Below the pieces are notes generated by a model, which did not search any database, was not told the origin of the DNA, and saw nothing but the letters and a program-made list of their open reading frames with translations. A program made the position numbers and the translations under genes. Shown here one piece after another: positions 27,476 through 38,056 of a DNA stretch of 64,000 nt. The stretch is from NCBI GenBank assembly GCA_040772485.1, contig JAXGYC010000008.1, positions 544,001-608,000 on the forward strand, written 5' to 3'. Positions within the stretch are counted from its first letter, which is position 1. Each line of letters starts with the position of its first letter. This DNA is from Sedimentisphaerales bacterium. GTDB taxonomy: Bacteria; Planctomycetota; Phycisphaerae; Sedimentisphaerales; Anaerobacaceae.

Positions 27476-28882
27476 TTATCCCTGCTTCGGCGGGTAGAAC
27501 GTCTCGCGGTGGCGGTCGGCGTATCCTTTCATCCTCGCGGCGACGTCGGGGTGCTTGTCGAGCACGTTGGCGGTCTCGTGCGGATCGAGCTCCATATCGA
27601 ACAGGGACAGGCCGATGTCCTCCTGGCGGTACTTGCCGGCGGCGCCGTCGCGGCCCGGCGTCACCAGGGTGCGATACTTGTGCGGCAGGTGTATTTTCCA
27701 GCGACCGTCTCCGCTGATGACGCCTTCAAAGGTCTCGCCCGTCGAGAACGGATAATAGTCATGCGGGTTCATCGCCCCGGGCTTGCCGGCGATCAGGTCC
27801 CAGACGTTCCTGCCGTCGACGGGATTGGCGGGCAGTTCGGCTCCGGCCAGATGCGCCACCGTCGGCAGGATGTCGATCGAGCAGAAGGCCTTCTTCGAGA
27901 CCGAGCCTGCCTCGATCTGACCGGGGAACTTCATGATGCACGCGCTGCGTGTGCCGCCGTCGAAGCTGGTGCCTTTAGCCTCGCGGAAGGGCGTCTTGCC
28001 GGCGTGGTTGCCGTATGAGATCCACGGCCCGTTGTCCGAGGTGAAGATCACGAGCGTGTTGTCTTCGAGTCCGTTGGCCTTGAGCGCCTGTGTGATCTGT
28101 CCGACCGACCAGTCGATCTCCATCATCACGTCGCCGTAGAGGCCCACGCCGGACTTGCCTTTGAACTTGTCGCTGCAGAACAGCGGCACGTGCGGCATCG
28201 AGTGCGGGACGTATAGCAGGAACGGCTCGCCCTTGTGACGGCCGATGAAGTCCACCGCGTGCTCGGTGTACCACGTCGTGAGCATCGGCTGATGCACCTT
28301 CGTGACGCGATCGATCGTGACCTTGCCGTTCTCCCAGAATTGCAGGGGATGCCGGCCCCAGTAGTCCGGGTTCTCCGGGTGGAATTCCCACATGTCGTTG
28401 GAGTACATCAGCCCGCACGACTCGTCGAATCCCCTGGCCGGCGGGCGCGTCTCGGGCTGGTCGCCGATGTGCCACTTGCCGAAAACGGCGGTCGCATAAC
28501 CGCGCCTCTTGAGCACCTCGCCCAGCGTGGCGAATCTCGGATCGAGCCCTCTCGCCCCCGGCCCGTGCGCCCCGAAGACCTTGGTCCGTCCCGGATAGCA
28601 GCCGGATAGCAGCGCCGCCCGCGAGGCCGAGCACACCGCCTGGGGCACGTAGAAATTCCGATAGCAGCAACCCTCTTTCGCCAACCGCTCGACGCTGGGC
28701 GTCGGATAGTCCTGCGCGGCAAACGGCCTGAAATCCGCCCATCCCGAATCGTCGAGGAAAACAATGACGAAATTCGGCGACCGACTCTGCCCCTGCCCCC
28801 GGCCAAACCTGGGCCACCCCATCGTCGCGGCGGACAGCGCCGCCGCCTTCAAGAACGTTCGTCGTGTGTGCATCGTCGGCAT
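27476..28882 (-). CDS. Tat-exported sulfatase (family S1)
   Basis: RRTFLK; PNFVIVFLDD, CSASRAALLSG, GKWHIG, FTSDNG, EAKG..FDGG.R; GAGGAG RBS. Confidence 0.93.
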   Translation of the reverse strand: MPTMHTRRTFLKAAALSAATMGWPRFGRGQGQSRSPNFVIVFLDDSGWADFRPFAAQDYPTPSVERLAKEGCCYRNFYVPQAVCSASRAALLSGCYPGRTKVFGAHGPGARGLDPRFATLGEVLKRRGYATAVFGKWHIGDQPETRPPARGFDESCGLMYSNDMWEFHPENPDYWGRHPLQFWENGKVTIDRVTKVHQPMLTTWYTEHAVDFIGRHKGEPFLLYVPHSMPHVPLFCSDKFKGKSGVGLYGDVMMEIDWSVGQITQALKANGLEDNTLVIFTSDNGPWISYGNHAGKTPFREAKGTSFDGGTRSACIMKFPGQIEAGSVSKKAFCSIDILPTVAHLAGAELPANPVDGRNVWDLIAGKPGAMNPHDYYPFSTGETFEGVISGDGRWKIHLPHKYRTLVTPGRDGAAGKYRQEDIGLSLFDMELDPHETANVLDKHPDVAARMKGYADRHRETFYPPKQG

Positions 28883-29138
28883 CTGTCGTATCTCCTCTTG
28901 CTTCATTGGACGCTGCGAGGGTGTTTCGCCGAGTTGATTATGCCCGACGAGCCAAGCCATTTCAAGTCCTGACCGCGGTCGCCTTCGTGACTGGTCTTGG
29001 ACGCGGGGCCTTATACATGAGAAGGAGGTCCGAGACGCCGATCCGGCGCCGCGTGCTTGCTTCGGACGTGCGAGGCGATAGAATGGTGCGCGACACAACG
29101 ATGCAGTCGAATGAAACTGGAAAGAAAGGCGGGGCGTA

Positions 29139-31370
29139 ATGATGCGGACAACACGTGGGAATCGAGGCCGCAGGTTGGGCAGGCTGTTGCCCGCAGTGAT
29201 GGCGCTGTCGGTCCTTCTGGTCGCTGCCGGATGCGCGCATCAGAAAGCGTACAAGAAGGGCGCCCGGCTCTCGCAGGAGGGCCAGTACGAGAAGGCCGTC
29301 GAGGAGCTGGAAGAGGCGGTCGCCCTGGCGGAGAAGGGCAACAACAACAAAGCCGCCGATCGCTATCGCGAGAAGCTCGAACAGACCAAGCAGCAAGCGG
29401 GCCAGTTCTACTATCGCGAGGCGGAGCTCTGCTTCGGGCAGGCCGACCTGGCGGGCGCGCAGAAGTTCATCGAACGCTGCGTCCGCTATTGTCCGGCCGA
29501 GCCGTTGTATCGCTCGATGAGCCAGCGCATCGCCGGCGCGGCCGCCGACGCCGAACGGATGCGCGGCGAAGCGCTGGCGCTGGCCGAGCAGGGACAGTGG
29601 AGCGCTGCCCTCGGGCGAATGACCGAGGCGTTGCGCCTCAATCGGACGATGCCCGGCGGGCAGGGCGACCTCAAGCAGATTCAGGAGCGGGCGTATCAGT
29701 ACTACCTGGCGCGGGCCAAAGACCGCCTGTATGCGAACGACCTGGAGGCAGCGGTCACCGAGGCCCAGACGGCGCTGAACTACCGCGGCGACGGGCGCGA
29801 GGCGAAAGACATCCTGCAGACCGTGCAGAACCGGCGCGAGGCGACGGGGCTGGTCGCGCGCGGGCAAACGCTCCTGGCACAGGGCGACTGCGAAGAGGCG
29901 CTGCGCGTTCTGGAGCAGGCGCAGCAATTGTACCCGCTCCATCCCCAGCTTCCCGGTCTGCTGGAGCAGGCCAGGCAGGCGGTGTGCGACCGCTGGATCG
30001 GGCAGGGCCGCCAAGCCATGGCCGGTGGCGACTGCGCCACAGCGTTGCGGCTGTTTCTGAAGAGCCAGGACCTGCTCGGCGGCTACGGCGGTGCGGCGAC
30101 TCTTGCGGCTGAAGCGCGAGCGACCTTGGCCCAGCAACATGTGCAGGCCTCCCAGCAATGTGCGCGCGACGGCGCCGACGGCTGCGGCCTGTTTCATGCG
30201 GTCGTGGCGTTAGGGTACGAGCCTGACAACTTCGATGCCCGGCGCCAGCTCAGCCAGTGCGCCGGCCAGGTGCAGCAGGCAGTGCGTTATACGGTGGGAT
30301 TCGTCGGCTTCCGCGCGACGCCGCCGCAACAGGCGATTGCCGATACGCTCGCATCGATCTCGCTGGAGCACCTGACGCACGCGCGTCCGGCCAACATGAT
30401 GCTGGTGGAACGAGGCGACCTTCAGACCATTCTCGATGAGCAGCAGCTCAGCGCCACCGACCTGATCGATCCGCAGTTCCGCGTGCCCGCTGGCAAGCTG
30501 CACGGGGTCGATGCACTGCTCGTCGGCCAGGTGCTCGAAGGCAACGTGACGAGCCAGACCAAACAGACCGGCCAGGGCGAATCGACTTACCAGGATGGGT
30601 TCGTGTCCCAGCCCAATCCGGAGTATGGCGAGGCCGTCAAGACCCTCGACCACGCGCAGAGAGAACTCGACAGGGCGCGGCAAAGGCTGGCGGAGGCCGA
30701 AGCGAGATTGGCGCGGTACGACCACGCCGACCCGCACGATGCCGGCGCACAGGCGGCCAAACGCAGGGCCCGCGCCGAGGTGGATGAGGCCAAGCAGCGA
30801 TTGGTGAATGCGGCGACGGACTTCGGCGCCGCCCAGATGCTCGCGGCGACGACGCCGAGGGAGGTGCTCGTGCCGCACATGGTCACGTTCCAGTACCCGA
30901 TCCAGACGGCGACCTGGACGGCCAAGGTCGGCTGCATGCTCAAGATGCTCGACACCGCAACGGGCGAGGTGCTGCTGGCCGAGCGCGTCGAGGGCCAGCA
31001 CGCCCAGTCGGATCAGTTCGTTTCGCCTGATGCGGCGCACAACGTGCCGGAAGACCCGCTGGTTCTACCCGACGAGGCGCGGCTCCTCGAAGCCGCGGCC
31101 AATGCGGCGGTCGGCAAGCTCAAGAAGGCTCTGGAGACGGCATGCGGCAAACACGGCCAGCGATTCGCTTTGCAAGCCCAGCGGGCCGAGGCCGCCGGTG
31201 ACAGCACCGGCGCCGTCGACGCTTCGATCAAGTACCTGTTCGCCTACCCGAAGAGCAATTCCGACACCGAGAAGCGGGTGACCGCCCTGCGCGGCTATCT
31301 CGGCTCCGAGGCCGGCCTGGTGGACATCCGCGAGCTGCTCCGGACCCACTGCCAAGTGCTTCGCAACTGA
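29139..31370 (+). CDS. TPR-repeat lipoprotein with a CsgG/HfaB-like domain
   Basis: LLVAAGC lipobox; ~350 aa of TPR-like helices; LVERGDLQTILDEQQL..GKL.GVDALLVG.V..MLDTATGEV. Confidence 0.7.
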   Translation: MMRTTRGNRGRRLGRLLPAVMALSVLLVAAGCAHQKAYKKGARLSQEGQYEKAVEELEEAVALAEKGNNNKAADRYREKLEQTKQQAGQFYYREAELCFGQADLAGAQKFIERCVRYCPAEPLYRSMSQRIAGAAADAERMRGEALALAEQGQWSAALGRMTEALRLNRTMPGGQGDLKQIQERAYQYYLARAKDRLYANDLEAAVTEAQTALNYRGDGREAKDILQTVQNRREATGLVARGQTLLAQGDCEEALRVLEQAQQLYPLHPQLPGLLEQARQAVCDRWIGQGRQAMAGGDCATALRLFLKSQDLLGGYGGAATLAAEARATLAQQHVQASQQCARDGADGCGLFHAVVALGYEPDNFDARRQLSQCAGQVQQAVRYTVGFVGFRATPPQQAIADTLASISLEHLTHARPANMMLVERGDLQTILDEQQLSATDLIDPQFRVPAGKLHGVDALLVGQVLEGNVTSQTKQTGQGESTYQDGFVSQPNPEYGEAVKTLDHAQRELDRARQRLAEAEARLARYDHADPHDAGAQAAKRRARAEVDEAKQRLVNAATDFGAAQMLAATTPREVLVPHMVTFQYPIQTATWTAKVGCMLKMLDTATGEVLLAERVEGQHAQSDQFVSPDAAHNVPEDPLVLPDEARLLEAAANAAVGKLKKALETACGKHGQRFALQAQRAEAAGDSTGAVDASIKYLFAYPKSNSDTEKRVTALRGYLGSEAGLVDIRELLRTHCQVLRN

Positions 31371-31376
31371 CCGGCG

Positions 31377-34300
31377 CTATGGTTCATCGGTCCAGATGGC
31401 TTTGATGGTTTCTTCCTGGCCGAAGCCGGTCGGCACCGCGTCGCTCGGCGTGTTGGCCCAGTACCAGTGTACGTCGTCGACAGGCGCCGCGAGCGTACGA
31501 CTGCCGGGCATTTGAAGGTAGCCGTTGCGGTCGTGCCGGCAGATCCAGTCCCAGGCATAGCGAAGCCACTGGTTGCGGTATTCGGGACTCTGGTGGGCGA
31601 ACCAGCAGATTTCGTCGTAGCCCCAGATCCAATGGTCGCCGATGTTCTGCCCTTCCCGTCCGCTGCGTCCGAAGTTGTCCAGCTCGACCAGATAGGGCAG
31701 GCTCTCGCACGACCATCCGCTCGGCGTCACGCCGCCTTTGCTGCGGCCGAAAAGGCTGTCGAGATAACCAACCTTCAGGACACCCTCTTCCGGCCGTTCA
31801 ACGACCTCGTCGATCCGCAGCGGGAACGAGTGCACGTCGAACATCAGCTCGCCCTCGTGAACGATGCCTCCGCCGGGCACGTGGGCGTCGCAGATGACCA
31901 TGTGCCGCCGGGCGTGCCGGCGGGCGTACTGCCGGACGCGGCGCATCATATCACGCCAGTGGACGTGGTCCCGATCGCGGTCGTCCATGATCTCGACTTG
32001 GCCGAAGTGGATCGCCTCGACGCCGATGTCGATATATCGCTGGCAGAGGTAGGTGAACCACATCCGCGTTTCCAACTGGCTCATGTCCGGCACGGATGAC
32101 CCGCGCCGCCACTGGTCGACTCGGTGCCCATCCGGATAGAGCATGGCCTCATAGCGGAAGTTGCGCTGCTGCGGTTCGAGGCCGAACTCTTCGAAGAGAG
32201 CGGCCGGAATGGGAATCCGGTTGACCTGCTCGCTGACGATCTCGAACGCGGCTGCCTGGAGGATGATGTTCGGATCGATCTTGTGCATCCGCTCGGCGAT
32301 GGGCCTGGCCGTGGCGAGCAGGTTCTCCAGGTCGGCTTCCCCACCCCAGCGATAGATGGCCCGGCCGATGAACTTGGCGCCGATGCTCTTAAGCATACGA
32401 AGGTTGTCGTCCACATGGCCCTGGCCGTGCAGGACTTCGCTCATGGTGATCGCGCGCGACAGGTAGTTCTCCAGCACAGCGCGGGAGATCGCACCGTCGA
32501 AGTGGTAGTTCCGCCTGCCGCCGATGTACTTCGCGGGGCTGGCAGCCGACGGCAGCTCCGGCGTGATGGCGAAGGTGTCCTCCGCCAGATCGATCGTGAC
32601 GGTGGTGCCGTCGGCGAAGGTCGTGCGCTGCTTGCGGCGGGACTCGTCGAGGAACTCGTGCTTCGTCATCTCCAGAAGTCCGACGCGCTTGTGCAGAGCG
32701 CACATGGTGCGAACCTGCTCCAGCTCCGCCTCGCCCGGATCGAGCGACAGATAGGGAAGACCCGCGTTCGCCAGACCGTGCAGATAGCCCAGATCGGTCT
32801 CGGGAATACCCCACGCGCCCTTGCTCAGCGACCAGGGCATCAGCAGCGCATCGTGATAGACGAGGTTGAACAGCGGGATGGGGACACCCATGGCCGGACC
32901 CTCGCCCGGACCCGGCGTCAGGGCGTACGGCCCGTGGTGAACCAGATCGAGGTGCGGAATCGCCCAGTCGGCCGGCTCTTCGGAACTGACCACGCCCCCA
33001 GTCGAGCGGATGAAGTCGAAGCACATCCCTCGATACGTCAGGCAGTCGGTGCGCGTCGCCGGATGCTCCGGGCTGTAGCACTCGTCGGGAGGCACCACCG
33101 CGAAGACGTCCAAATAGGCGCCCCGCACCTTGATGCCGTGATCCAGCAGGGCGCTGTAGTTCTTCTGCACGTGTCCGGGCGCCAGTCGCGGGCAGAGAAT
33201 GGACTGCCGGCCGCCGTACCACAGGCCGTACAGGGGCCGCTCGCCGCTGCGGTCGACGATGGTGTGCCGCGCATCGTACGATTTCGCGTCGCAGTAGTAG
33301 TCCCGGTACTGATCGTGGATCGCGAACACATAGTTCAGGTCTTCGCACGTCTGCGCCAGCCGCTTCATCCCATCCCAGCCTCCTGCCTCCAGGCTCGGTG
33401 GCAGCACATCGGGGTGCAGATTGTCGTAGCCACGGAAGCCCCATCCGTCGAGATGAACGTACGCGCGCGGCACGCCCTTGCCGGCCACACCACGCAGGTA
33501 CGCGGCCATCTGGTCGAACGTCGTCAGGATGTGGTTCTTGGAGGGATCGTCCTTGTTGTAGTATTGCGACTCGGGCTGGATATGAACCAGGATGCCCGCG
33601 TGGATGACGGGGCCGCCGATGAGTTTGGCCACGAGCGGCGTGCGCGCGATCTTCTCCTGGAGTGAGACGAAGTGGCCGGTCTGGCGGACATACGTGCGGT
33701 AACGCTTGGCCATGTCCACGTAGTTGCCCTTGTCGAAGAGACACAGGCGGACGCGTCGCGGGTAGCGGAACCGGCCGAGGGAGTGGACCCATCGCAGTTG
33801 CATCCGGGTCGGCCCGCCCGCCGGATGATCGAAGTGGCAGCCGCCATCATCGGGTGTCTCCAGCACCACGAGCAGGGCCGAGTCGGCCTGCTGATGTCCC
33901 CACCACGGCATGTACAGACCGCGCCCGTAGCTCAACGTGTCATACAGATAGACCTTCTGGGGCCAGTCCTTGGGCAGGAGCATCCCCTGCATGAACGGAA
34001 CGATCGTCGTATCGAATGAGCTGTCGGCCAGCGCCGGCGGCCAGAGGCACTCCATCACCTGACACCGGCTCTCGTCGGCAATCACTTCGCAGACGAGGTC
34101 TTCCTGCGAACCCTCCAAACAGGCAGACAGCGCGATCGAAAGGTCGATCTCCGTCCCTTCGTGAGCGAAACCGCTTAGCGCGATCTTGACGCCGGTCTTG
34201 AATCCGGTCTGGTAGGGCGACACTTCCCTTCTCTTCGCATCGGCCAGGCGGAGCGTATACGTCTTTCCATCGGCTTCGACAATCAGATCGCCTGCGGCCG

Positions 34301-34520
34301 ACGGGACGGTGGACCAGGTGCGACCGCCGGCGCCGAGGGTCATTTGCAGATCGGACGGATTGACCTCGACGCGGCTCCTGCGGCCTTGCACGACCCACCG
34401 GCCCTCTTCCTGCCGGACCGCAACCGCAGGCGCACCGTAATCGTCCTGCGTCGCTTCAACGGCCCAAGCCAGGGACACGAAAGACAGGACCAGACTGAGA
34501 ATCAGACAGGATGGCTTCAT
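31377..34520 (-). CDS. Secreted two-module glycoside hydrolase-like protein (DUF5696 / GH101-GH129-like plus uncharacterised C-terminal domain)
   Basis: Signal peptide; YMPWWG, YVHLDGWG..GYDNLHP, HDQYRD, YLDVF, SSEE, IPLFNLVYHD; second domain begins near YHFDGAISRAVLENYL. Confidence 0.7.
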   Translation of the reverse strand: MKPSCLILSLVLSFVSLAWAVEATQDDYGAPAVAVRQEEGRWVVQGRRSRVEVNPSDLQMTLGAGGRTWSTVPSAAGDLIVEADGKTYTLRLADAKRREVSPYQTGFKTGVKIALSGFAHEGTEIDLSIALSACLEGSQEDLVCEVIADESRCQVMECLWPPALADSSFDTTIVPFMQGMLLPKDWPQKVYLYDTLSYGRGLYMPWWGHQQADSALLVVLETPDDGGCHFDHPAGGPTRMQLRWVHSLGRFRYPRRVRLCLFDKGNYVDMAKRYRTYVRQTGHFVSLQEKIARTPLVAKLIGGPVIHAGILVHIQPESQYYNKDDPSKNHILTTFDQMAAYLRGVAGKGVPRAYVHLDGWGFRGYDNLHPDVLPPSLEAGGWDGMKRLAQTCEDLNYVFAIHDQYRDYYCDAKSYDARHTIVDRSGERPLYGLWYGGRQSILCPRLAPGHVQKNYSALLDHGIKVRGAYLDVFAVVPPDECYSPEHPATRTDCLTYRGMCFDFIRSTGGVVSSEEPADWAIPHLDLVHHGPYALTPGPGEGPAMGVPIPLFNLVYHDALLMPWSLSKGAWGIPETDLGYLHGLANAGLPYLSLDPGEAELEQVRTMCALHKRVGLLEMTKHEFLDESRRKQRTTFADGTTVTIDLAEDTFAITPELPSAASPAKYIGGRRNYHFDGAISRAVLENYLSRAITMSEVLHGQGHVDDNLRMLKSIGAKFIGRAIYRWGGEADLENLLATARPIAERMHKIDPNIILQAAAFEIVSEQVNRIPIPAALFEEFGLEPQQRNFRYEAMLYPDGHRVDQWRRGSSVPDMSQLETRMWFTYLCQRYIDIGVEAIHFGQVEIMDDRDRDHVHWRDMMRRVRQYARRHARRHMVICDAHVPGGGIVHEGELMFDVHSFPLRIDEVVERPEEGVLKVGYLDSLFGRSKGGVTPSGWSCESLPYLVELDNFGRSGREGQNIGDHWIWGYDEICWFAHQSPEYRNQWLRYAWDWICRHDRNGYLQMPGSRTLAAPVDDVHWYWANTPSDAVPTGFGQEETIKAIWTDEP

Positions 34521-34559
34521 AAGCGGAACCTCCGAAAGCAATCGCGTTGCAGGATTGGT

Positions 34560-35714
34560 CTATCGATGGCGCGCAAGTTGCGCGACGGCGCGTTTCATGC
34601 GGTCGAGGCCTTCGCGCAGGGTTTTCTCCGGACATCCGAAATTCAGCCGGACGTAGCCGGGCCCCAGGAAGTCCGCGCCGTCCGAGAGTCCCACGCCCGC
34701 CTGCTCGAAGAACTTCGCCGGCTCGGACAAACCCAGTTCCGTGGTATCGATCCACGCCAGGTACGTCGCCTGGACCTGATCCATCGACAGCCCCGGAATC
34801 TCCTCGTTGACGGCCCGGTATACGAGACGGCTGTTGCGGCGGAGAACCTCGATCAGAGCCGCCCTCCACAGCTCGCCGTCGCGGTAGGCGGCCAGACAGG
34901 CGGCGTAACCCAGGGCGTTGGTGCCAGGGACGATTCCCTCGCGGGCCTTCTTGAAGGGCTTTCGCAGTTCCACGTTCGGGATGATCGCGAAGGCACAGTT
35001 GAGTCCCGGGATGTTGAACGTCTTGCTCGGGGCCATCAGGGTGATCGTGCGAGCGGCGATCTCCTCGCTGAGTGTGGCGATGGGCACGTGCCGGCCGCCG
35101 TCGAGGACGAGGTCGCAATGAATCTCGTCCGAGCAGATGATCACGTTGCGGCGCAGGCAGATCTCGGCGACGCCGCGCAGTTCGTCCGGCTCGTACCGCC
35201 GGCCGACGGGGTTGTGCGGATTGCACAGCAGCAGGACCCTGGACCGATTCGACAGCTCGCGCTCGAACCGTTCGAGGTCGAAGGTCCAGCGGTCGCCCTC
35301 CCGCCGCAACGGGACCACCTTCATTTCGCGGTGCACGTGCCCCGGCGCCGCGAGAAAAGGCGGATACGCCGGCGTGAAGGTCAGCACCTCGTCGCCGTCG
35401 TCGCCATAGGCCCGGCTCGCCAGGTTCAGCGCCGGCACCAGCCCCGGCAGCCACACGATCCACGAAGGCTCGATCCTCCATCGATATCGCCGCTCCACCC
35501 GCTCGACCACCGCCTCGGCCAGCCCCTCCGGCGGCACCGCGTAGCCGAACACCCCATGCTCGACCCGCGCGTGCAGCGCCTCCAGCACGCACGCCGGCGC
35601 GCGAAAGTCCATATCCGCCACCCACATCGGGATGATGTCCCGCCCGTGGTAGCGGCACCACTTGAGGCTGTCGGTGTTCCGCCGGTCGGGCACGGTCTCG
35701 AAATCAAAGCTCAT
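34560..35714 (-). CDS. PLP-dependent C-S lyase / cystathionine beta-lyase, MalY/PatB family
   Basis: PMWVADMDF, HGVFGY, CNPHNPVG, SDEIH, APSKTFN, RLNFGCP. Confidence 0.93.
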   Translation of the reverse strand: MSFDFETVPDRRNTDSLKWCRYHGRDIIPMWVADMDFRAPACVLEALHARVEHGVFGYAVPPEGLAEAVVERVERRYRWRIEPSWIVWLPGLVPALNLASRAYGDDGDEVLTFTPAYPPFLAAPGHVHREMKVVPLRREGDRWTFDLERFERELSNRSRVLLLCNPHNPVGRRYEPDELRGVAEICLRRNVIICSDEIHCDLVLDGGRHVPIATLSEEIAARTITLMAPSKTFNIPGLNCAFAIIPNVELRKPFKKAREGIVPGTNALGYAACLAAYRDGELWRAALIEVLRRNSRLVYRAVNEEIPGLSMDQVQATYLAWIDTTELGLSEPAKFFEQAGVGLSDGADFLGPGYVRLNFGCPEKTLREGLDRMKRAVAQLARHR

Positions 35715-35858
35715 GTCGATGGATTCTCCTTCTCTGGGCGACGGCGTCACGGATGGCCGCGACGACAGCCCGATCTCGCCGCATCCTACCACTTTCGATC
35801 GCGATAGACCATGCCCATTTGGCCGGCAGGCCTGTGCTGTGTGAGAAGGAAGTGCACG

Positions 35859-38015
35859 TCAGCGGATGACGCCGAGGTAGCGGCCCATCCAGTAGGGCAA
35901 CAGGTAGATGTCTCCGCTGAATTCACGCCGGCCGCCCTCGCCGCCGTCCAGGCGAAAGGCGTTGCCGTTGTACTTGCTCATCGGCCGTTCGTCGCCCGGC
36001 AGGACTTCGGCCGTGGACTGCTCCCGGAAATTCGGTTCCAGGAACGCGAGGTCCCGCCGGTCGCTGTTGCGGATGTCCCAGCCAATCGTATCGAGAGGGA
36101 ACTGCCGCAGGCTCCAGATCGACTCGGCCAGGTCGAACTGCTCGGCCCCCGTGTCGGCGTAGATGAAGTTCCACAGCGGGTTCTTCTCGGGCCGTTCGAT
36201 CTGCCAGTGTTCTTTGATGGTCCGGCGATACTGCTCGCGAAGATCCTCGTTGAAGGCGTAGCGGTAGAGATTCCAGTAGCTCAGGAAGGCCAGTTCATCG
36301 TCGGAGTGGTTCCATTCCGTCGTCAGATCGATCCCGGGCACGCGGCCGATCTCCGAGATCGGGATCATGATGTTGTCGAGGTAGCCGTGCTTCTCGAACA
36401 GCTCGAAGGCCTTCTGCCGGTAGATGTCCCTGCCCGTGAAATGCCAAGCGGTTTGGAGGAACGCGATGATCTCGACCGAGTTCAGCCGGCGGTCGCCCAC
36501 CTGACGAGGGAACTGATTGACGTATTCCGGGTGCCAGCGACCCCACTGCGTGGACTTGCCGTCGTAGTCCACCAGGTACCAGTCGTTCCGCACGATGTGG
36601 TCCATGATGGCGTCGATCAGCGCGACGGCCCGGTCGCGCCAGGCCTGGTCCGGGACGATCTCGGCGAAGATCGCGTACACGAAGAAATGCCCGACGATCT
36701 CGTCGCTGCTGGTGGTCGCCTTCCAGACCCAATGTGCGTCCGCCGCCGGTTGCCAGCGCGGCTTGTCGGCCACCTGATAGCCGGCGCGGTCGAAGGAGCG
36801 GGCGGGAAAGCCCTCCATCGGCGTGATCTCGGTGAGCCGTTCCATGGCTTCGAAGGACTCATAGCAGTTGCGCAGCGCCTCATCCGATCGGGTGACGGCG
36901 TAGCGGAACAGCTCGCCCGCCAGGTACATCGACGTCCAGAGCCCGTCGTTGTCCTGGTCGATCAGCGTCCCGGTGGACAGGTCGCCCGGCTCCGTCATGA
37001 CGAACGCGCTGTTGAAGCCGTAACGGATGTGCCGCCGGCGCGTGAGCTTGTCGAAGTGCTCGGCCTTGTCGGCCAGCGTCATCGGCTCGAAGTGAATGAT
37101 GCTCAGGCCGGTCTTCGAGAGGATCAGCACCGAGCCGTCGGGCCCCGGCGCGATGTCGATCACCGCATCGTCCACCAGCCAGCGCTTCGACGCATAGTAG
37201 TCGGTCGTGCCGTCGCGATTCATGGCAAAGGCGCCTCGCGGCGTCCCGAACCAGGTCTTGGCGCCGATGGGCCGGATGCAGCGGATATCCATGCAGGGCA
37301 CCTTCGTCTCGATGTCCGAGCGCTGCGCGAACGACCTCGGGTCGAGACGCAGGTAGCCGTTTGATGCGCCGATCCACAAATCCTCGTCCGTCGGGGCAAG
37401 GCAGTTCATTTGCCCGTGCCGAAAGACAGCGGCTTGCTCCCTGGCCGATGTCACGCGCCATAACGCGGTCTCTGTGAGCACGAGGAATTGCTTTCGCACA
37501 GGGTCGAAGACGGCTTGTCTGACGCCGCCTTCGGTGGATAGCTCGCGGACCACATCCGGCCCACGAAAGCAGGCGACACGTTCGCTCCCGGCGACCAGGA
37601 AATCGAATGCTGTCCCCATCGCCAATCTCTCGGCATCGCGCATCTTGTGGCTCGCGAGAAATCGGCCCGCCCACGCGTTGCTCAGGACGTGCTTGTCGGT
37701 GAGAAACACGAATTGGCCTTCGTGGACTTCCATGTCCCTGATCTGCATATCCGTCATAGGTCGGTGGAGCCGGTCCGGCTTGAGCCTGCCTTCGTGGACC
37801 TGCAACAGCCCTTTCTCCGAGAGCACAAGGACTCGGCCGTTGCGGTCGGCGCGGACCTTCCGCAGTTGGGCGCCGTGGAGTTCAGACGCCAGAGGGACTT
37901 TCTCGCTGTGGTCCTGGCCGAAGGGCTCGTCGTGATACGTTTTCGCGGCGTCCTTCGCGGCAAGAACCCCCACTGTCACCAGCACACAACACAGAGCCGC
38001 CATTGGTGTCTTCAT
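35859..38015 (-). CDS. Secreted hypothetical protein (beta-propeller-like N-terminus plus alpha/alpha-barrel-like C-terminus)
   Basis: Signal peptide; DNDGLWTS.YLA, GFPAR, WK..TSSDE, T.WG.W, NHSDDEL. Confidence 0.7.
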   Translation of the reverse strand: MKTPMAALCCVLVTVGVLAAKDAAKTYHDEPFGQDHSEKVPLASELHGAQLRKVRADRNGRVLVLSEKGLLQVHEGRLKPDRLHRPMTDMQIRDMEVHEGQFVFLTDKHVLSNAWAGRFLASHKMRDAERLAMGTAFDFLVAGSERVACFRGPDVVRELSTEGGVRQAVFDPVRKQFLVLTETALWRVTSAREQAAVFRHGQMNCLAPTDEDLWIGASNGYLRLDPRSFAQRSDIETKVPCMDIRCIRPIGAKTWFGTPRGAFAMNRDGTTDYYASKRWLVDDAVIDIAPGPDGSVLILSKTGLSIIHFEPMTLADKAEHFDKLTRRRHIRYGFNSAFVMTEPGDLSTGTLIDQDNDGLWTSMYLAGELFRYAVTRSDEALRNCYESFEAMERLTEITPMEGFPARSFDRAGYQVADKPRWQPAADAHWVWKATTSSDEIVGHFFVYAIFAEIVPDQAWRDRAVALIDAIMDHIVRNDWYLVDYDGKSTQWGRWHPEYVNQFPRQVGDRRLNSVEIIAFLQTAWHFTGRDIYRQKAFELFEKHGYLDNIMIPISEIGRVPGIDLTTEWNHSDDELAFLSYWNLYRYAFNEDLREQYRRTIKEHWQIERPEKNPLWNFIYADTGAEQFDLAESIWSLRQFPLDTIGWDIRNSDRRDLAFLEPNFREQSTAEVLPGDERPMSKYNGNAFRLDGGEGGRREFSGDIYLLPYWMGRYLGVIR

Positions 38016-38056
38016 AACGAGCCTCGCTTGGATTTGTCTTTCCGGATCACACGCCG

